Shown here: positions 63,908 through 64,000 of the stretch, one piece after another
How the letters are laid out: each line of letters starts with the position of its first letter
How positions within the stretch are numbered: the stretch's first letter is position 1
NCBI RefSeq assembly: GCF_011386835.1
Contig: NC_088804.1
Location: 29,884,001-29,948,000, forward strand
Direction: 5' to 3'
DNA from: Chrysemys picta bellii
Taxonomy: Eukaryota
DNA length: 64,000 bases
Made by a program: the position numbers and the translations under genes
Notes under the pieces: generated by a model
The model's database searches: none
What the model saw: the letters and a program-made list of their open reading frames with translations, nothing else
What the model was told of the DNA's origin: nothing

Positions 63908-64000
63908 CAATGGTTCTCACCAGGGGCACGTGTATCCCTGCGGGTACTCAGAGGTCTTCCAGGGTGTACATTAACTCATAAATCTAGATATTTGCCTAGT
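63908..64000. mobile_element. Left end of a hAT (Charlie-like) MITE, cut by the window edge
   Basis: CAATGGTTCTCACCAGGGG resembles CAGTGGTTCTCAACCAGGGG-type termini. Confidence 0.55.

Overview
AT-rich, non-coding vertebrate genomic DNA. The repeat content (a tRNA-derived tortoise-type PolIII/SINE, Penelope-like retroelements, 334-bp CAGGGGTCGGCAAC-type hAT MITEs, Tigger-like and Harbinger-like MITEs, CR1, MIR/L2 relics and solo LTRs) points to a turtle genome; this is inference from repeat families. I cannot support any host protein-coding gene. The listed ORFs are short and mostly overlap repeats or low-complexity DNA, and the only recognisable protein remnant is a decayed Penelope-like RT + GIY-YIG endonuclease at about 12740-14070. 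The window reads as a large intron or gene desert. The most interesting structure is a set of six very short Penelope-derived insertions, each made of an element terminus plus an inverted partial copy. Four have clean 12-15 bp target-site duplications. One carries a minimal hammerhead-ribozyme motif inside a perfect 89-bp inverted repeat, and in another the inverted arm starts exactly at the predicted hammerhead cleavage position. Also notable are a TIR-bounded element with inverted pairs of tRNA-like modules, a 122-bp inverted duplication of apparently unique DNA, and a 93-bp tandem hairpin repeat. All coordinates were read by eye; family names need RepeatMasker/Dfam confirmation.
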